Shown here one piece after another: positions 51,118 to 61,736 of a stretch of DNA of 64,000 nucleotides. The notes below the pieces were generated by a model that made no database searches, had not been told where the DNA came from, and was given only the letters and a program-made list of their open reading frames with translations. This DNA comes from Escherichia coli (GTDB lineage Bacteria; Pseudomonadota; Gammaproteobacteria; Enterobacterales; Enterobacteriaceae), in assembly GCF_044324875.1 (NCBI RefSeq), contig NZ_CP172186.1. One strand, 5' to 3'. The position numbers and the translations under genes were made by a program. Numbering within the stretch: the first letter of the stretch is position 1; each line of letters opens with the position of its first letter.

Positions 51118-52100
51118 GAAAGTATTGCCCCTTTACTGTCGCGGCCTACAAGTCCGTCCGGTGAGCAGGAAGTACCTGCGGTGGCTGTTTTATCCAGCTG
51201 TAAATACTCACCCGTGGAAAGACGCCCCTCAGACCGGACAGTTCCACCACTGACTTTTCCTCCTTTGAGCTCTCCTTCGGTTGTGATCCCTTTGTTGTTA
51301 ACAGCACGTATCCATTGGCTGTCCGTCATGGTGAAACCGCCTCCGTGCGTCGTGTTCATCCACCCCTTGTTGTTTCTGGTGATAAGCCAGCCGTCTTCGC
51401 TGGTTATATCGCCTTTCACCGTGGCTTTCTGACCATTGAGGTTACCGGCGTTATTGATGTCATTTCCGCCCATGTTGATAGCTGTGTGCATCTGGTTCAG
51501 CTCTGATCTCCCCGGGACCTGGAAACGATACAACCTGTCGCTTTCCTGCAGATCATCACCCGTCATGACGACGGCAATGTGACCTGCCGAACAGGTGAGT
51601 CCGTAATCCCCCGGTTTGTCTGTCCAGGCGCCGAATGCGCCGGTTGCTGTTCCGTTTTTACCAATATAACCACCCAGCCCGGGAAGCTGTCCTGCCACAC
51701 TGCGCAGACCATCTTCTTTGATATTCTGCCCCCCTGTTGAGCAGGTCAGGGCTTCAAGACGTCCTGTAGTCTGGTTACGGCGGATACCCGTGATATAACT
51801 CTGCCCAAACGGAGAATGATTAAATCCCTGTTTCAGGTATCCCTTGCGAATCAAATCATCGGCTGTAAAGTTTGCCGGAAGGCTGCCGTTGTGCAGAGTG
51901 GCATTGTTATCGGCAATGTAATTTCTGGCTGCGGTATTGTAGGCATCTGCATGAGAAGCAGCACTCTGGTAAAGCTGTTCATTCAGCCAGTTTTCTATTT
52001 CGGAATAAATCAGCGGCGTGGCGATACCAATCACTATCAGTCCCGCCAGTATTTCAAGCAGAATAAAACCTTTGTCGTCATCGTGTCTGAACTTTTTCAC
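50766..52100 (-). CDS. pilV: PilV minor pilin/adhesin (constant N-terminus plus currently attached shufflon exon)
   Basis: Prepilin-like N-terminus GFILLEILAGLIVIG; ORF crosses the repeat at 51099-51117. Confidence 0.85.
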   Translation of the reverse strand: MKKFRHDDDKGFILLEILAGLIVIGIATPLIYSEIENWLNEQLYQSAASHADAYNTAARNYIADNNATLHNGSLPANFTADDLIRKGYLKQGFNHSPFGQSYITGIRRNQTTGRLEALTCSTGGQNIKEDGLRSVAGQLPGLGGYIGKNGTATGAFGAWTDKPGDYGLTCSAGHIAVVMTGDDLQESDRLYRFQVPGRSELNQMHTAINMGGNDINNAGNLNGQKATVKGDITSEDGWLITRNNKGWMNTTHGGGFTMTDSQWIRAVNNKGITTEGELKGGKVSGGTVRSEGRLSTGEYLQLDKTATAGTSCSPDGLVGRDSKGAILSCQSGVWRTIGAPDGSYSNLGSHRGTFNGRNNGRGTLFVYASGGNGAGGGDCANTSNLQGYVNGAFIGMNASNNPSYGKTAFISFAVPVGASYQIISRPTQNYACGNGVFSVYAYQM

Positions 52101-52804
52101 GTGAATATCTCCGAAGTGCGGAAAACGGAATCAGGGAGGAGGGTTAGTGCATACAGTGATGCGCAGAGAAACGGGGCGAACGGCAGTGCCTGCTGATGTC
52201 TGTGACGGCAGAAGAGGAGGATAAACAGAAATGCCCCGGAAGCTGCGGCGGTGATTAGCAGCGGCGTGTGTTGTGGCTGTGTCCACATTGCAATTCCTGC
52301 TATCAGGAATACATCACCAAGGCCGAGTGCTTCTGTTCCTTTTGCCGTTATGAAAAACTGCCGTAGCAGGTATGTCATGCCGAACCAGAGTGATGCGTTG
52401 AGGAGGCTGTATGTGAGCTCCTCCAGGCTGTACCTGAACGCTGCCCCCAGAACAATCAGTGAAAGCGTGAATATCCGGGGAAGCCGACAGACGGCGATGT
52501 CCGTCAGCGTCATTACAGTTAATAATCCCGTCAGAATGGAAAGGAATAACAGCCCCGTGGCTTCAACACCATATGCGCCGTTGAGGCTGACACTCACTAT
52601 GGCCAGAAGGCAACACACGTACACCACCGGCCTGGGCGGCCGGGTGTCGTGTACTGCTGACAGGTAGAGAGCGGCGGTGATGTATGCAATATAAAGAATA
52701 ACCGCCAGGATGATGATTATTATTGTCATGCTCAGTAATGCGCTCACCGTCACCTCGTATTTATTAATATTGTCTGAAATACCGGTTGTGGATTTTTCGG
52801 GCAT
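52097..52804 (-). CDS. pilU: PilU prepilin peptidase-like polytopic membrane protein
   Basis: 235 aa, multiple TM; position between pilT and pilV. Confidence 0.7.
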   Translation of the reverse strand: MPEKSTTGISDNINKYEVTVSALLSMTIIIIILAVILYIAYITAALYLSAVHDTRPPRPVVYVCCLLAIVSVSLNGAYGVEATGLLFLSILTGLLTVMTLTDIAVCRLPRIFTLSLIVLGAAFRYSLEELTYSLLNASLWFGMTYLLRQFFITAKGTEALGLGDVFLIAGIAMWTQPQHTPLLITAAASGAFLFILLFCRHRHQQALPFAPFLCASLYALTLLPDSVFRTSEIFT

Positions 52805-53240
52805 ATATCATGCGCCGGGCTGTGTTATTTTTGCTGAAACCGGCGTTATAGCTGCCAAGGCATTCCCAGTTAACGCCGCAGCGTTGAAAATGGCGGGCCA
52901 GTATCCAGGCACCGGTATGAATATTCAGGCAGGGCTTTTTAAGCAGTTCATCCTTGTTTTTAATGACGCCCAGTTTTTTCAGTTCAGGAATATGCACTGA
53001 ATTAATCTGCATTATTCCGTAATCCGTACTGATAATTTTTCCGGATTTGTTTTTATTGTGATTTATCGCAGTGGCGACCAGGCCGCTTTCCTGCTGTGCA
53101 ATGGTTTTAAGAAGCTCAGGCGCAATCAGGTAACGTTTTCCGGCCTGAATAAAACAGGAATCGAGATGATTATTATTCATCACAGATGCGATTGATGTGT
53201 GACTGAATAAAAGCAGGACAGAGAGATATAACCATTTCAT
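52764..53240 (-). CDS. pilT: PilT lytic transglycosylase (SLT domain)
   Basis: Signal peptide; SLT catalytic-region motifs QQESGL...DYGIMQIN. Confidence 0.8.
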   Translation of the reverse strand: MKWLYLSVLLLFSHTSIASVMNNNHLDSCFIQAGKRYLIAPELLKTIAQQESGLVATAINHNKNKSGKIISTDYGIMQINSVHIPELKKLGVIKNKDELLKKPCLNIHTGAWILARHFQRCGVNWECLGSYNAGFSKNNTARRMIYARKIHNRYFRQY

Positions 53241-53298
53241 TATGATAATCCCGGCAGTGACAGCATCCTCTGGTATTTAAGGATGCTGTCCGGAAACA

Positions 53299-53835
53299 TT
53301 AGCTGTTTGTTTCAAGGGTGATGTTATTTTTGTCGTTACTACATACTGTTACGGGATCCACAGTAGCCGGGGCGGTATTCATGATTTTGGTAAACATGGA
53401 TGAACTGCGCAGGCTGTTAATGAGTTCCACGCAATTTTCTTTCGGTACATTATTGCTGGTAATCGTATAACCATACTTATCTGCTGTTGCCTTAATGGTG
53501 ACATCACCGCCCCAGGCATTTTTGGCCTTGTTACCACCGGCGATCATATCGGCCGGCAGGGAACCACTCTGCGTCAGCGTTTTGATATAATCACTGCTGG
53601 TATATTGTCCCTGGAACTTGTACTGCTTCATTTTGGTTGCAATGGTCTGCAGGTTTTTCACTTCGCGCTGGTTATCACTGGATGACATGGTACTGGACAT
53701 CTGACTCATTGCGAGAACAACCACAATACCGATAATAATCAGTGCGCCGGCAACTTCCAGTAAGGTTAAACCTTTATCCTCCTCTTTCTCTTTTTTTAAA
53801 GCAAAATAAGAATAAAGACATGATCTGAAGTTCAT
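53299..53835 (-). CDS. pilS: PilS type IVB prepilin (major thin-pilus subunit)
   Basis: Long leader followed by GLTLLEVAGALIIIGIVVV hydrophobic pilin N-terminus. Confidence 0.8.
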   Translation of the reverse strand: MNFRSCLYSYFALKKEKEEDKGLTLLEVAGALIIIGIVVVLAMSQMSSTMSSSDNQREVKNLQTIATKMKQYKFQGQYTSSDYIKTLTQSGSLPADMIAGGNKAKNAWGGDVTIKATADKYGYTITSNNVPKENCVELINSLRSSSMFTKIMNTAPATVDPVTVCSNDKNNITLETNS

Positions 53836-53884
53836 ATATCACTCCTGGTTTATGGGATGTTTCAGAAATATTCTGTATGCGGGA

Positions 53885-54985
53885 TTATTGTTTCAGCATG
53901 TCGCTGATACTGTAGATGGCAGATATCATGTTAAGAATAAAAAAGAAGACAAAACCTCCTGATATACCGGTAATAATTAATCCAATTCGTTTTACCCGTT
54001 TTTTTGCTTCCTCCAGCCACTGATCGGCATAGAGTGCCATGGTTGCCACACTGTCCTCCCTTTCGGAGTTCAGGAGCAGTTTATTGATGCATATTCTGGA
54101 CGGAAAATCGTAACCGGAATTTCGCATTGCTGTGGCCAGATTCTGACCGGATAATACATGTTTTCGTATTGCCTGAATTCTCTCCTTTAACCATTTATTC
54201 TTTTCTGCACCTTTTTCCATTCGGAGCAGCGCCTGCGAAAGAGGAATATTAATCTGCAGCATGGATGAAATACTGAACAGATAATTCACCCCGTGTAAGG
54301 TCTGATACAGTGACCAGGGGGGAGCCTTGTCCAGCATCCTCCGGCCGGGGCCGGTATACCGGCTGAATGAAAAACGGATCAGAAGCGTCAGGGCGAAAAT
54401 GGTCCCACAGAGCCAGAATCCGTACCCGATGAAAAATTCCGACATGCCGGCAAGCAATTTCATCTGGAATGACCATTTATCTTCTGAAGCAAACGCACTG
54501 ACGATGGGGATGATACGGGTATGGGCGTTGTACATATTCACCACACAGAGCGAAAGCAGCAGAAGGGGGTAGAGGCAGACGGCAATGAGGCTGGATGTCA
54601 TTTCCCGCCGGGCTTTAACGGTTCTGGCCACCTGGAAAAGGGCGTCGGCAATATTTCCGCGCTCTTCCCCGTTTCTGATTAACGTGGCTTCCTCCGGTGG
54701 CACCCAGGTTAACAGGGCACCGGATAACATGCCGCTGGCTTTGATGGAATCGATGCATTCTTTTGCCAGAAAATACATGCCGGATGTGCCTTTCTTTTCA
54801 CCAAAATCGGTTTCGATCTCGCAGAGAAATTCGAGTGCACGCAGGGACGGCGTTCCGTCACGTATCATGCCGCCCAGGGCTTCGTAGAACTCCACCCGGT
54901 TCAGGGCAAAGGTTTTTCTGGCTATCCAGACAGTCAGTGCTGTCAGCTCAATGTCGGTGTTGTTGAGTTTTTCCAGAAATCTCAT
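53885..54985 (-). CDS. pilR: PilR inner-membrane platform protein (GspF/PilC family)
   Basis: Polytopic; start taken at internal Met adjacent to pilQ stop. Confidence 0.75.
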   Translation of the reverse strand: MRFLEKLNNTDIELTALTVWIARKTFALNRVEFYEALGGMIRDGTPSLRALEFLCEIETDFGEKKGTSGMYFLAKECIDSIKASGMLSGALLTWVPPEEATLIRNGEERGNIADALFQVARTVKARREMTSSLIAVCLYPLLLLSLCVVNMYNAHTRIIPIVSAFASEDKWSFQMKLLAGMSEFFIGYGFWLCGTIFALTLLIRFSFSRYTGPGRRMLDKAPPWSLYQTLHGVNYLFSISSMLQINIPLSQALLRMEKGAEKNKWLKERIQAIRKHVLSGQNLATAMRNSGYDFPSRICINKLLLNSEREDSVATMALYADQWLEEAKKRVKRIGLIITGISGGFVFFFILNMISAIYSISDMLKQ

Positions 54986-54986
54986 G

Positions 54987-56495
54987 TCAGTGCAGCAGCG
55001 TATAGCTGTCCTCGTCGATGGGAGAGATGTAATGGGCCGCCAGCGGATCAACCTGCCCGCTGTTGATTTTTCCCAGCAGATGCTGATTTCGTGTCATGCC
55101 GCCCAGCTCCCGGTGCCAGTATGTTCTGGCCTCAATACGCCCCTTTTCCCGGTACAACTGGAAAAAACGGGCATCCGGGGAGATGACTTCTGCGATCACC
55201 GTTCGTCCTGTCACGCCACGCCAGCAGTGCGGGCAGCCTTCATGATTTCGCAGATATACCTGGTCCGGGTTGCAGACGCTTTCCACCAGGTGCCGTTCAT
55301 CATCCGTGCGCTCGGTAGCCACCTCATGCCAGGGGCGACGGCAGTGCGGACATATCAGCTGAACCAGACGCTGGCTCAGCAGGCCAATGAACAGTTGCGG
55401 GTCGGCAATCATCCTGGCCTGTACCCCCTCCATCTCAAGACGTTCGAGGATGTTAATCGGGTCGTTCGCATGGATGGTGGTCAGCATCAGATGGCCGGTC
55501 ATGGCGGCTTTTATTGCCGTAATGGCGGAATCGTGGTCGCGGATTTCACCGTTCAGGATCCCGTCGGGGTCAAGACGCAGTGCCGATTTGATGGAGTCCA
55601 CCCAGCCCTGCGCGGTATCCATGACGGCGGTCTGAATGGCACCGGGAATACGCCCTTCCGGCGGGGATTCGATGGTGAACAGCCTGCGACGGGGAAGAAG
55701 AATATCGCCGGTGTTGTTGAAGCCGTACTGTTCAAGGTACGCCGCAGAGGCGGTTCTCAGCGTGGTGGATTTTCCTGAGCCGGTGGGGCCTGAGAGCGTG
55801 ATAATGCCTTCAGGGCGCTGCAGAATGCGGCGAAGAGTGCGCTCCTGGTCAGGGTGATAGCCCAGCATACTGAAGGTCGGGATTTGCTGACTGTCATCCT
55901 TGATCAGACGGAGCACAGCATATAGGCCGCCCACACAGGGGTAGTGGGAGTAGCGTGCACCAAACAGACCGGCCAGTTTCAGATACTGCTCTGAAAGACG
56001 TGCATCCTGAGGCACCCCGGGATCAAACTGTGTGCCCTTGATAACATCGGTCATGCCGGAATAGGTGGCCCCCAGTAATTCGAGGCCTTCTTCTTTCCGG
56101 AGGATATCGAGCACTTCCAGTTCGCCGTGAACCCGGGCTTCCACATAGGTGAAGTCCGTGTTGTCTCGTCCCGGGGTCATATGAAGGTCTGAGGCACCAA
56201 GAGAGGCAGAATGGCGGATATAGCCGAGCATTTTCTGCTGTACCGGGTTAATGACGCTTTCATCACCGGCGGTTGTGGTGTCCTGTCTGAGGCGGGCTAT
56301 CACATCCAGGGTGGTGAATTCAAAGTCTCCCACACGCCCCTGATGACGTGCGCGCAGGCGGGTCAGATATTCCTGGACGGCACGCAGATGTTTTTTTCCC
56401 TCCACGACCCTGACCCGCAGATGACCGGTTTTATCTGTGTCGATAGCCACATAATCCAGAATGTCATCCGGTGGCAGGTCTGCAGGCTCCAACAT
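54987..56495 (-). CDS. pilQ: PilQ pilus-assembly ATPase (GspE/PilB family)
   Basis: 502 aa, Walker A LSGPTGSGKSTT, tetracysteine motif. Confidence 0.85.
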   Translation of the reverse strand: MLEPADLPPDDILDYVAIDTDKTGHLRVRVVEGKKHLRAVQEYLTRLRARHQGRVGDFEFTTLDVIARLRQDTTTAGDESVINPVQQKMLGYIRHSASLGASDLHMTPGRDNTDFTYVEARVHGELEVLDILRKEEGLELLGATYSGMTDVIKGTQFDPGVPQDARLSEQYLKLAGLFGARYSHYPCVGGLYAVLRLIKDDSQQIPTFSMLGYHPDQERTLRRILQRPEGIITLSGPTGSGKSTTLRTASAAYLEQYGFNNTGDILLPRRRLFTIESPPEGRIPGAIQTAVMDTAQGWVDSIKSALRLDPDGILNGEIRDHDSAITAIKAAMTGHLMLTTIHANDPINILERLEMEGVQARMIADPQLFIGLLSQRLVQLICPHCRRPWHEVATERTDDERHLVESVCNPDQVYLRNHEGCPHCWRGVTGRTVIAEVISPDARFFQLYREKGRIEARTYWHRELGGMTRNQHLLGKINSGQVDPLAAHYISPIDEDSYTLLH

Positions 56496-56591
56496 AAGGC
56501 CTCCTTACGGGCAGCGGCGCCCGGAAAATATGTTTTCTGTTATTAAGCGAGGGAAATAATCAGTTCTTCTGCGGAGAGAATCTGGACATTT

Positions 56592-57266
56592 TCAGCACAG
56601 GCTTAACAGTGTAAAAATGATTACGCCTCCAAAAGCGAATAACAGGGGAATGTTTTTCTCCGGCTGTGTTGATCTCAGCGTTAATACCGGTGTGGCGAGA
56701 GCGTAAAAAATAATACCTGCGGTATAAATAAAATAAGGTGTGATGCCGGACAGATTACATACACTGGCGAATATCATAAGCATGACGGCAACTACCGATA
56801 AAATAATGGAAGTATTCTTCCATTCACCAGATGGTGTAAGTGAAATGATATCGCCATCCTGTTTATAGTTCGTGTTCAGCTTCAGGAAATGACGGATATC
56901 TTTCAGCGTGTTCAGTTTCTGCTGGATATCTTCCACAAGTTCCTGTCTGTCGGTTTTTTCACGGAGCAGCTGGAATTTTGTCTCCCTCAGTACAGATATA
57001 ATACGGTCCACCTGGCCGGGGGAGGGATAGTAATGATGTTCGAGCATCCACCGGATATCGGCGATTAACCGGTCAGTTACCGGTGTATTACCGTTGTTAA
57101 TGAGAGGTGTTTCGTGCATCCACTGAAATATGCGGTAGATATGTTGCTTAACAAAAATAAAATCATCGGTGGTTTTATTCTCCAGCATGAGATATATCCC
57201 GTCGAGTGTTAATAATAAAACGTCCCGGGTGTGAGGTGATTTGTGATGTATTGTACGGAATATCAT
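56592..57266 (-). CDS. Hypothetical membrane protein (soluble N-domain, 3 C-terminal TM), AT-rich
   Basis: 224-aa ORF between pilP-like gene and pilQ. Confidence 0.4.
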   Translation of the reverse strand: MIFRTIHHKSPHTRDVLLLTLDGIYLMLENKTTDDFIFVKQHIYRIFQWMHETPLINNGNTPVTDRLIADIRWMLEHHYYPSPGQVDRIISVLRETKFQLLREKTDRQELVEDIQQKLNTLKDIRHFLKLNTNYKQDGDIISLTPSGEWKNTSIILSVVAVMLMIFASVCNLSGITPYFIYTAGIIFYALATPVLTLRSTQPEKNIPLLFAFGGVIIFTLLSLC

Positions 57267-57283
57267 TTCTGCACTGTAATCGT

Positions 57284-57838
57284 TTACGCAGGTGATATAT
57301 CACACCAGAGTAAATACAGCGGAATGAAGCTGTAGAGTGACCAGAAAAGCCCGAGGGGATCTTTTGCCCACAGGCATAAGAATGTCAGTCCGGTGCACCA
57401 TGCGCCGGCAAGTGCCGCGCATAATTCAGCGCCTCCGGAATTGCCGCTCTTCATCATATAACAGAGCGCGATCAGCAGTGGGATAATGAAGACGAGCGGC
57501 AGGACAAAGGATTCGGCTGCGGATATCCATTCCCGGTAACGCCAGCGGTCGTTTAATCTGTCGGCATCATATTTCAGACAGTTGCTCAGGAACGCCAGAT
57601 CGTTCATGAGGGGGGCGTCCTGGCCATACTGCGCCGCGAGGCGCATTCTGGCACCCCACAACCGGGCACTCAGGGCACGGAGTTGTGCCGGGGTGACCTG
57701 TTTTCCCCGACAAAGTTGTACCTGTAATTGTGTTGCCTCGTGGACAATATCTGTGTGGTTCACCCCATATTCTGCAGCGGCTGTTTCCAGGTCACGGATG
57801 ATCAGGCTGAGCCAGGATATCAGTTCACTGATGTTCAT
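57284..57838 (-). CDS. Hypothetical membrane protein (soluble N-domain, 2 C-terminal TM)
   Basis: 184-aa ORF between pilP-like gene and pilQ. Confidence 0.4.
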   Translation of the reverse strand: MNISELISWLSLIIRDLETAAAEYGVNHTDIVHEATQLQVQLCRGKQVTPAQLRALSARLWGARMRLAAQYGQDAPLMNDLAFLSNCLKYDADRLNDRWRYREWISAAESFVLPLVFIIPLLIALCYMMKSGNSGGAELCAALAGAWCTGLTFLCLWAKDPLGLFWSLYSFIPLYLLWCDISPA

Positions 57839-57886
57839 TGTCGTTCATCCTTTTGTACGGACAGCCGCCTGTACTGGCGGCCGGTT

Positions 57887-58339
57887 TCATGGTCGCAGGG
57901 TTTTTCTGATGCCGGACTGCTCCAGTACCACACTGTCCGGTGTGATTTTCTCCACGAGATAAGGGGTTCCGGGGATGTTCTGGCCCGTCTTCACATCGGT
58001 GATGTGTCCACCCGAAAGTTCTATCCGGGCGCTCAGCTGAGGCTGTACACCAAATATTTCTGTCAGACGGGGGGATGTCGCCGTCGACGGGGCAGTCGGG
58101 ATGGCGGACGTGCTTTCCTGCGGACGACCGGGCTCTGCGGGAATACCCTGCTCCAGCATGCGCAGTTCATGACGGATTTTCTCTCTCGCCAGCATGGCTT
58201 CATACAGGGCTGTTTCGTCCTGTATCCGCTCAATCTGCAGTTGCCGGGGACTCTGTTCCTCTGCGTTTCCGGTTGTGGCCATTGCCGTTGCCGGTAACAG
58301 CAGCGCTGAAACCAGAAGGGCTTTTGTTTTAGCGTGCAT
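57887..58339 (-). CDS. PilP-position periplasmic protein
   Basis: 150 aa with signal peptide; downstream of pilO. Confidence 0.5.
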   Translation of the reverse strand: MHAKTKALLVSALLLPATAMATTGNAEEQSPRQLQIERIQDETALYEAMLAREKIRHELRMLEQGIPAEPGRPQESTSAIPTAPSTATSPRLTEIFGVQPQLSARIELSGGHITDVKTGQNIPGTPYLVEKITPDSVVLEQSGIRKTLRP

Positions 58340-59624
58340 AATATTTACCTGTAAATTGATAGTGGAAACGACCGTTCTCCAGTTGTCGTGTGACAGAGAT
58401 AAAACGGACAGAAGGCGCCTTCAGACGTTCAACCAGCTGGTATGCCGGGAGTAGCGTCTGTATCTGAAGGTCATACTCTTTCCACGGAGGCTGGATAATA
58501 TTTCCGTTTTCATCGGTGACGCTGTTACTGACCTCCTGCCAGTCCAGCGTCAGTGGCATTGACTGAGCAAGCGTGGTCAGTTGTTCTTGCAGGACAGAGC
58601 TTTCCGGCAGAGCATCAACGTCGACGGGATGTTCAGGCAGGCGGAAGCTGACTGGCAGGCCAATGCCGCCGGTCTTTCCTTCCGGCATCACAATAAAGGG
58701 GCGGGTACCCGTCATATCACTGATGCGCCGGATGAAGTCAGTCACTGTCGCGCCAGCTGTATTAGTGTACGAGGCGCGAAGATTGCCGCTGCCGCCGTCA
58801 GTTGAACATTCAGCCAGCGAATAACGCCATCCGGAGGCAGACAGTGGCAGTGACGTCCATATGTCAGCACATCCCTGGATAAAGGCGTCGGTTTCGGGGA
58901 GTCCGGGCCAGGGGGGACTGATTTGTTCCTCTGTGACCTGTCGGGCAGCTGCTGCCTGCGCGGCTTGTTCAGTCTTCCACCGTTCATAATACTGCCAGCC
59001 GTACCATGCAGCGCCGAGAAGGGCGATGATCAGCGAGACAGTGATGAACTGCGCTCCCCGGGATACCGGATTCAGGCGCGCGGCAGCCGGATGTTTACCA
59101 GAGCCGGTCAGGGTGGACAGCGGCAGGGCCTGATTCTGATCGCCTGCTGAAAATGCCACCGGTTCATAGCGTGTCCAGCCCTGCTCCGGTTCGGTGTTGA
59201 TGGAAAGAAAGGTATCCCGGGCTTCACGGACCTCTTCTCCGCTTCCCACCAGGTCACTGACGAGAACACCGTCGACAGCGGAAACAAAGCTGTAGCGCGG
59301 TGTTTCTCCGGGTAACGTCAGTTCCGTGATGGCATAGCCGCCCTGTTCAAGCAGTGGCAGGATCAGCAGGGCGAGGGAGAAGCACTGACGGGGTTTTCCG
59401 GGCAGTATGCGGCGACTGGCTGTGGCCACCATGGTGTGGGTATCGGCATCTTCATTACTGAGATACTGACAGGCCAGGAAAAGGTCGGCTTTCTGTGCCC
59501 GGGCAAAGTCGCGGGCATGCCGGTACTGTGAGGGCAGTGTTTTCCATTCCAGACCGGCCAGAAACACATTGCGCCCTGCCGTCAGCGGAAACACCTGCCG
59601 CTCTGTCGGTGAAATATCCGTCAC
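58329..59624 (-). CDS. pilO: PilO
   Basis: 431 aa, one TM; synteny pilN-pilO. Confidence 0.55.
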   Translation of the reverse strand: MTDISPTERQVFPLTAGRNVFLAGLEWKTLPSQYRHARDFARAQKADLFLACQYLSNEDADTHTMVATASRRILPGKPRQCFSLALLILPLLEQGGYAITELTLPGETPRYSFVSAVDGVLVSDLVGSGEEVREARDTFLSINTEPEQGWTRYEPVAFSAGDQNQALPLSTLTGSGKHPAAARLNPVSRGAQFITVSLIIALLGAAWYGWQYYERWKTEQAAQAAAARQVTEEQISPPWPGLPETDAFIQGCADIWTSLPLSASGWRYSLAECSTDGGSGNLRASYTNTAGATVTDFIRRISDMTGTRPFIVMPEGKTGGIGLPVSFRLPEHPVDVDALPESSVLQEQLTTLAQSMPLTLDWQEVSNSVTDENGNIIQPPWKEYDLQIQTLLPAYQLVERLKAPSVRFISVTRQLENGRFHYQFTGKYYAR

Positions 59625-59644
59625 GATCGTCCTCCTTGTGAAAA

Positions 59645-61264
59645 TCAGATGATATTGGGCGTGATCAGCACCACGAGAATGGTGTCGTCGTTTTCACTGT
59701 TGATCCCACCGCCAAGACCGAAGAATCCCGGCGTGCCTACACCCTGTTTTCCGCTGCGACGTCCTGACTGCTGGAAGCCACTGATAATGACCGTCTGCCC
59801 GGATTTCAGATCCACGGTCTGATTGATGGTTTTCAGATCCACATTCGGCAGCTGGGCTTTACTTCCACCGCTCTCATAATTCTCAATAACCGGTTTGTCG
59901 GAGAGACTCATGGAATAGAGCAACTGCAGTGTCTGTGAGTCCGGGAGAATGAACGGCAGAAGGGTCATGTTAAAACCGGTGGTGATGGTGGCCGCATTCA
60001 GGGAGGTGGATGAGCCGACATTGGCAGTGGTATCCGTCGTCACACTCTCGATGTAACTCTGCTGATTGGCGATCTGCATTGGCACCGGCGTCAGGTTTTT
60101 GGTGACGGCAGAGTTCTGGGTCACCACACTGACATCCCCCTGGGAAGACAATGCTTTCAGGAAGGCTTTTGAACCGGTGAGTTTACCGTCCACAATGGAA
60201 ACACCACCTGTGATGGCATCACTGGCTGCACTGGTGAATGTGCTGCCGAGACTCAGTCCCAGCGTTCTGTCGCTGAAGACTGCGTTCCAGTCGATACCGG
60301 CCTGCTCATTGCGGGTTTTCCGGATACTCAGAATTTCCACATTCAGCACCACCTGACGTTTCATCTCTTCATTGCGTTTTTCAATGAATGCCCGGACCGT
60401 TTCCAGAACCTGTGGATTATCTGTGACGGTGATAAAGCCCGTGGACATGAACATGCGTCCGATACCCGGGGTCAGCATTGATGTGACCGCATTTTTCACA
60501 TCCTGATACAGCGCAGACTTCATATCCACGGTGGTGGTCTGGGTATTGCTGGCATCACCGGAAATGGCATCTGATGCACTGCCTCCTGATGAGCCGTTTG
60601 AGGACATGGTGCCGCTGACCACAGTGGCGTTATAGGTCACCTGACTGTCCATATAGGTGATGGGGAAGGTCTGTGTCTCGAGATAATAGAAGATGATATG
60701 CGAGCCGTCATAGCGCCAGGATATACCGAGACGGGAGGAGACCGCATTCAGCAGGGTCGTCAGGCCGGAGGCATTCAGTTCAGACAGTGCTGCGGTATTT
60801 CCCGGCAGACGGGATGGTGGCGTGTCAGATGCGCCAATGGCGGCAAGGGGGACCATGCCGCTCGCATCTGGTGGGGGTAACGCGCCCTGGATTTGTTGTG
60901 TGCTGCCGGTTGTGGATGTATTCAGGTATGTCAGTACATCAGGTGTGATCCGTACCGGAATATGGCAGCTTTCCGTGATTCGCTGAACCACCTGCTGAAG
61001 GGTGATGCTCTGACGGGTATGAATGACAATGGGACAACCGGGAACGGTTTTGCCGGTGTTTTTATCCATGACCGGACGGGGATTGATCCATTGTCGTGAT
61101 GATTCCTTAACAACCGGCGTCCGGGTTCGCAGATCAGACATCATTTCCCGTGCCCGTTGTTGTTCCGCAACGGCTTCCTTTCTTGTGCTCTCAAGCTCTC
61201 TGTAACTGGCACAGCCCTGTAACAGAGCGGCGGCAATCATAATGGCAAGAATTTTTTTATTCAT
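59645..61264 (-). CDS. pilN: PilN secretin-like outer-membrane lipoprotein
   Basis: Lipobox ALLQGCAS, 539 aa, secretin-type C-terminal domain. Confidence 0.7.
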   Translation of the reverse strand: MNKKILAIMIAAALLQGCASYRELESTRKEAVAEQQRAREMMSDLRTRTPVVKESSRQWINPRPVMDKNTGKTVPGCPIVIHTRQSITLQQVVQRITESCHIPVRITPDVLTYLNTSTTGSTQQIQGALPPPDASGMVPLAAIGASDTPPSRLPGNTAALSELNASGLTTLLNAVSSRLGISWRYDGSHIIFYYLETQTFPITYMDSQVTYNATVVSGTMSSNGSSGGSASDAISGDASNTQTTTVDMKSALYQDVKNAVTSMLTPGIGRMFMSTGFITVTDNPQVLETVRAFIEKRNEEMKRQVVLNVEILSIRKTRNEQAGIDWNAVFSDRTLGLSLGSTFTSAASDAITGGVSIVDGKLTGSKAFLKALSSQGDVSVVTQNSAVTKNLTPVPMQIANQQSYIESVTTDTTANVGSSTSLNAATITTGFNMTLLPFILPDSQTLQLLYSMSLSDKPVIENYESGGSKAQLPNVDLKTINQTVDLKSGQTVIISGFQQSGRRSGKQGVGTPGFFGLGGGINSENDDTILVVLITPNII

Positions 61265-61294
61265 GGGAGATCCGTGATTTATTCAGATTCGTGA

Positions 61295-61732
61295 CTAATT
61301 CATCCAGAGGATGACGTGATCGGGGATCACTGACGGAAGTGTGATGGAAAGCGCTCTGCCGGCAGTGTCCAGCAGTCGGCCGTTTTCCACCCTGCCGAGC
61401 AGAGCAGAGTCATTACTCTGTTCCCTGAGCGCGGCCATCAGGCCCGGGGTTTCTGTAGCCCAGACAAAAACACGTTGCTGGCTGATGATATGACTGACGG
61501 TATCCGTCCCGGGAATCCCGAGCTGAGCGGATGTCAGCCGCCCTCCGGCTGTCCGTCGTTCCGGATGCTGATGCAGGTAATCATTGATGGCGTTCATATA
61601 ACGAATGAACGTTGCTGCCTGTTGTGTGTTTTCTGCGGCCTGATGACGGTGTTCGCTGCGGGAGAGCTGACTGGTGAACCAGAAATTGCCGGTGGTCGTG
61701 ATGACCATGATGAACACGATGAACCAGCCCAT
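61295..61732 (-). CDS. pilM: PilM
   Basis: 145 aa, N-terminal TM; between pilL and pilN. Confidence 0.5.
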   Translation of the reverse strand: MGWFIVFIMVITTTGNFWFTSQLSRSEHRHQAAENTQQAATFIRYMNAINDYLHQHPERRTAGGRLTSAQLGIPGTDTVSHIISQQRVFVWATETPGLMAALREQSNDSALLGRVENGRLLDTAGRALSITLPSVIPDHVILWMN

Positions 61733-61736
61733 AAGG

